Part shown: in pieces, positions 58,827 through 64,000 of the stretch | Numbering within the stretch: the stretch's first letter is position 1 | How the letters are laid out: the number at the start of each line of letters is the position of its first letter | Assembly: GCF_009914755.1 (NCBI RefSeq) | Contig: NC_060937.1 | Strand: one strand, 5' to 3' | Origin: the human T2T-CHM13v2.0 reference genome, Homo sapiens | Length of the DNA: 64,000 nt | The notes under the pieces: generated by a model | The model's database searches: none | What the model saw: only the letters and a program-made list of their open reading frames with translations | What the model was told of the DNA's origin: nothing | Program-made: the position numbers and the translations under genes

Positions 58827-61157
58827 GTCTTTCAGTCCTTCTTTTCTTTTTTCCATCTTCCTTTGTGGTTAAGTGATTTTCTCAGGTAATAGGTTTTAAT
58901 TTGTTGCTTTTTATTTTTGGTGTATCTATTATAGGTTTTTGCACTGTGGTCATCACAAGGCTTGCAGAAACATCTTGTAGATATAACAAGTTATTTTTAA
59001 AGAGATGACAACTTAACTTAGATCACAGAAAGGAATAGAAACAATAAACTAAAAAAACCTCTGTGTTTTAACTCTATCTCCCCTACATATTGATTTTTTT
59101 GTTACCTCAATTTGGATATATTTATACTGCCTATTTTTTAGCAGGTTTCTGTATGTGTTTTCGTTTTTGATAGATTTGTCTTTTGGGCTTCATACTAGAG
59201 TTATGAGTGGATTGCACACCACAATTACAGTATTAGAGTATTCTGGGTATGTCTATATGCTTAATTTTACTAGTGGGTTTTATACCTTCAAATGTTTTCT
59301 ATTTGCATGTTAGTGTTTGTTTTTCTTTCAAATTGAAGAAGCTCCTTTAGTATTTCTTGTAAGATGGATCTGGTGATGGTAAATTTTCTCAGCTTTTGTT
59401 TTTCTGGGAAAGCCTTTATTTCTCCTTCATAGTTGAGGGACAGCTTTGCTGGATACAGTATTCTTGGATGGAAATTTTTTTTCTTTTAGCACTTTGAAAA
59501 TTTTGTTCCACTCCCTTCTGGCCTGTTTGGTTTCCATTGATAAGTCTGTTGCCAGATGAATTGGAGGTTCTTTATACGTTATTTTCTTCTTTTCTGTTGC
59601 TACTTTTAGGATCCTCTTTGTCCTTGGTCTTTGAGAATGTGATTATTACATGCCTTGGTGAAGTCTTATTTGGGTCAGATCTGTTTGTTGTTCTCTGACA
59701 TTCCTGTACCTGGATGTTTATCTCTTTCTCAAGTTTTGGAAAGTTTTCTGTTATTTTTTTGAGTAAGCTTTTTACTCCTTGCTCTTGTTTAACTCCCTCT
59801 TGAACACCAGTGATTCTTAGACTTTGTCTTTTGAGGTAATTTCCTTTATCTTGTTGACAATCTTTGTTCCTTTTTATTCTTTTTTCTTCTCTGTGTATTT
59901 TCAAATTGCCTGTCTTTGAGCTCATTTATTCTTACTTCTGCTTGATTCATTCTCCTACTGACAGCCTCTAATGAGTTTTTCAGTTCCTCAAATACATTTC
60001 TCAGTTTGAAGATTTCTGTTTGTTTTTATTACTATTTCAATCTCTTCATGAAATTTCTCTGATACATTTTTGAGTTGCTTTTCTGTGTTATCTTGAAAAT
60101 CACTGAGTTCCCTTAAAACTGCTATTTTGAATTCTTCTTCAGAGAGCTCACATATCACCATCTTGTTAGGGTTAGTCACTGGATCCTTGCTTCGTTTGTT
60201 CAGGGAAGTCATGGTTCCCTGTTTGCTGCTGTCACTTATGAATGTATGTGTATATGTTTGCATTGGAGAATTAGTTAGTTATTTCAGTTTTCTCTGTCTG
60301 GATTCTTTTGCTTTTCATTGGATATATTTGCTTAAGAGATTCATTGTAATTTACCTGTTGAATTTCTTTCTTTTCCCATTAGGTCACTGCCTCCTTTTCA
60401 GCATTAGATGGTGCCTTAAGCCCAGGTTTGTCTCCACTCTAATAAACAATTGGAGCACTGTCCATCCCAAATGGAAATGGTGCCAAAGGGGATAGCCTAG
60501 CAATGTGGGAAGGTGAATTAGGGGTTTGTGCTCAGGGGACCTGTGGGATGAACCTCCTACAGCATGGTGCTGCTAAGCAGACACTGCAATTTGGTATCTC
60601 TTTGGCCAACTTATAGAGCAAAGTTTCCAGAGTTGGGGATAGTAGTCCTGCCTCCTCACTTTGTCTCTGGCTGTCCCCAGGGATATTTCTTCCTTCAAGC
60701 ACTCCCCATGCTTCCTGTGAGTTGAGGTAGGAACAGGTATCCTGCCAGGGAACTCAAGATGATGGGGAAGCTGCCCGTCACCTTGATTTTCCTTTTTCCA
60801 GTGTTAAACTGAGAGTTGGGGGAAATTTTCCACGTGCTTGGTGCTGGCAGATTGGGGAGAGGGATGTCTTGGCTGTGGATGTCCCCTTCTCTTACCATCT
60901 ACTTGGAGCTTTTTTACTTCTCTGTGGCACTGAGAACTGTCTCATCCTCATATTCTAGTTTTGGGATATTTGTGGTGATAACCTTAGTGCTGTAAATTTG
61001 GTTTTTGTTTTCTGTGTGGGGAATGAAGCCAGCTTGCTTCCACGCCACCATTTTGGAACCAGAAACCTCATTGTATTACACCTTATAGTGCTCTGCTGAA
61101 TTAAATTCAAATAGGAAGTTTGAACAAATTTACCTCCTCAGGAATTATCCTAAATCC

Positions 61158-61312
61158 CTGCTACTCAAAGTGTGGTCATTGTACCAGTAGCATTGAACTC
61201 ACCTGGGAACTTGTTAGAAATGTGGAATCTCAGGCCCACCCCAGACGTACTGAATCAGAATCTGCATTTTAATAAGCTCTCCAGGAGACTGGTGTGTTCG
61301 AGAAGTACCATC
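61158..61312. mobile_element. MER5A hAT-Charlie MITE
   Basis: ctcaaagtgtggtc...cacctgggaacttgttagaaatg..aatctcaggcccaccccagac.tactgaatcagaatctgcattttaa. Confidence 0.85.
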
Positions 61313-62542
61313 CTGCAATATTCTGGTAGACTCATTTTGATAGGTGCTGCCTTTAGCTGTTTGTAGTGTTATATCTTTAATTCTGTAACATGACAGCTAA
61401 TGGCTATATATTTTGGCAATTATTTTAATGCCACACAATAACCTTTTCCTGGATGAATGTTAATTTCTCTGAATTATTGATCATGCTTACTCTATCTCAG
61501 GATGCAAGCATTTGGGCTCGTTTTTCTAGTTCTAGTAGAGTAAAAGTTAGTATGCATTTCCCTCTCCACTTCTACCCTCTTATATTTCATTTTTTGCCAC
61601 AAGCAAGATTCCTTTCCTCCTCAACTCTCCATCTTCATGGTTCTCAGGGATATGTAGGTCCTTAAGCACAGTCAGCATTTTGCTCAAGTGGAAAATGTTC
61701 ATATATAGCTGGGGTAATGTGCCAACTGTGTGCATGTGTATCTGGTTTATACAGATGGAATCTCAGGTTCAAATGTTATAATCAAGCTATCTTGCAAGAT
61801 AGTTTCTACACTCTTATTTTACAGTATGTGAACTTTCTTTTTGTTTTTTGCTGACAAATGTTGATTGCTTTATTTCAGTGGTCAGGATTGCTGTAGAGGT
61901 ATGCATGATATGCCATTTGATTTTGTCCTCTAAGCCATAGTTAAGAAGACTTTGTATTGTGAGCCAGCACATACATGAGTTTTGTGTATTTTCCCTACTT
62001 TTTAATGAACTTAATGTCAGCTGTTGATTCTGGCCAGATTTCACAGTGACATCCTGTTATGCCACAGGGCCACTTAAACAAGGAGGAGATCCATGTCAGC
62101 AAATTTCTAGCTAATTCAGGGATAGTCTTTCAAGTTACATATTGTTTAAGTTTTAACTCTTTAAAAAGTGGTCTTCATATAACATCACATACATTTTTAG
62201 CACCTTAGGTAGAAGTTGCTAAAAATGATTTTGTCTTTAAGGATAACTCTGATCACTGTATTGTGAAATGCGAGGCCATTGTACCATGGGGCATGATTTT
62301 CTCTGAGGCAGTGGCAGATGGGACTATTGGCAGTGGGACTATTTCTTGTTCCATCAAATGACCTCTGGCTGCTATATTTTTGAGTAGTCCACTTTGGTTT
62401 TACTCTGTTGTTCCAGGCTTGGTTGCTGTCCAGTCTCACAGTAGTGTACTTTGCTTCTGGTGTATTCTGTCTCCTGAGCCCTTCGCCCTTCTATTGGGGT
62501 GCTTCTAATTTGTTGTAAATTAAAAACCTGCTAGATAATCTT

Positions 62543-62995
62543 TTTTTTATTTATTATACTTTAAGTTCTAGGGTACATGTGCACAACGTGCAGGTTTGTT
62601 ACATATGCATACATATGCAACTTGTGTATGCATACATATGCAACATGTGTATGCATACATATGCAACATGTGTATGCATACATATGCAACATGTGTATGC
62701 ATACATATGCAACATGTGTATGCATACATATGCAACATGTGTATGCATACATATGCAACATGTGTATGCATACATATGCATACACATGTTGGTGTGCTGC
62801 ACCCATTAACTCATCATTTATATTAGGTGTATCTCCTAATGCTATCCCTCCCCACTTCCCCCACCCCACAATAGGCCCCAGTGTGTGATGTTCCTCTTCC
62901 TGTGTCCATGTGTTCTCATTGTTCAATTCCCTCCCATGAGTGAGAACATGTGGTGTTTGGTTTTCTGTCCTTGTGATAGTTTGCTCAGAATGATG
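62543..62995 (-). mobile_element. 5'-truncated L1PA (L1PA4-6-like) 3'UTR insertion
   Basis: ttattatactttaagttctagggtacatgtgcacaacgtgcagg... with a 20-bp TSD aaaacctgct(a/g)gataatctt at 62523-62542 and 62996-63015. Confidence 0.93.
62618..62778. repeat. 23-bp minisatellite, 7 copies, inside the L1PA
   Basis: caacatgtgtatgcatacatatg x7; the first copy has one mismatch. Confidence 0.95.
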
Positions 62996-63794
62996 AAAAC
63001 CTGCTGGATAATCTTGCTAGAATATATTATAATTAAGAATAGGCTCAGAGTGATGTCTTCAGAGGGTGAGCTAGGAATCATATAGGTACTTTTATGGTGC
63101 AAACTTGAATAAAATGTGTGAGCAGCCACAGCTGGTTTGGTTAATTTTGCCTTTGGGTTATTTCACTGTTCACTCACTATCTGCTATGTGCTAGGAACAT
63201 ATGGAATTGAAGTAAACATTCTTGTCCTTCCCATAATCTGTTCTGGGGATAGATAAAATACTAAGCAAAGCATTATGCCTATATGATATAGGTGTAAACA
63301 CTGTACTGTAGGCTTGCATGAGGAGTGTCGTTATAAATTTGACCAGACTTACTGAAAGATGTAAGATTGGGTGGAAGGAAGGATACTTTGGTCATGGAGA
63401 GACAGGTAGGGTGTAAGGGAGAGGATGTCCTAGGTGGAAGCAAAAGTGTGAGCAAACATGATCAAATAAAGGGTGTGTGGAAGGAATGGAATTTATTTGG
63501 GTGTGGTTGAAGCATGAAACATCTGTGGTGGTTACCCAGAGGGGAACATCGAATTGTTATTCACACGCCTGCTGTTCATAGCATATAGCTCCTAGAAGGT
63601 GGGTAGATGTCTCTGCTTATGTTGTGTGAAAATTAAAGAAGCACATGTATATCTTCCAATGTAGAAAACAAAGACCACATTGGAAGATTTTCTCATCAGG
63701 GGCGCCATTTTACAAACTAAAGCTCTTTAGGAGAAGATACACAGCAATTTCCTTGTCTTGAGTTTTGAAACATTTTTTTTTAAACCATTTGTAA

Positions 63795-63989
<195 letters not shown>

Positions 63990-64000
63990 TAACAGTTCCT

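Noticed and set aside
58875-58892. Possible recursive splice site ttttctcag|gtaata after a pyrimidine tract
   Set aside because: Lies inside an L1, has a competing upstream AG, and such motifs are frequent by chance in 61 kb.
58087-60263. L1 endonuclease and ORF1 ORFs as functional genes
   Set aside because: Fragmented by stops, frameshifts and Alu insertions; the element is a fossil.
62561-62926. Cys/His/Met-rich repetitive ORFs and a CRISPR-like periodicity
   Set aside because: These are readings of the 23-bp tandem repeat. The units are contiguous with no unique spacers, and the context is eukaryotic.

Overview
Human genomic DNA. The AluYb8 and SVA_D insertions support the species, and the exons match ATP8A2, the P4-ATPase phosphatidylserine flippase at 13q12. 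The window holds coding exon 2 (2842-2986, in a CpG island), the whole 60.9-kb intron 2 (2987-63877) and coding exon 3 (63878-63977), all on the + strand. The rest is mostly transposon-derived: about 25 Alu/FLAM copies, two antisense SVA_D elements, a near-full-length antisense L1MA, other L1/L2/MIR pieces, MaLR/ERVL LTRs, hAT/Tigger fossils and a U6 retrocopy. There is no prokaryotic-type system and no credible new protein-coding gene. The most interesting observations are: (1) the first SVA carries a ~225-bp LTR16-like 5' transduction inside its target-site duplication; (2) a likely internal promoter and non-coding first exon in the CpG island, giving the N-terminally shorter MSRATS... isoform, with a competing out-of-frame AUG 5 nt upstream; (3) a consensus-like AluYb8; (4) several local template-switch or fold-back scars, including a palindromic 23-bp VNTR; (5) a strong CTCF motif. 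Repeat subfamily names come from recall of consensus sequences, not from a search, and their edges are approximate.
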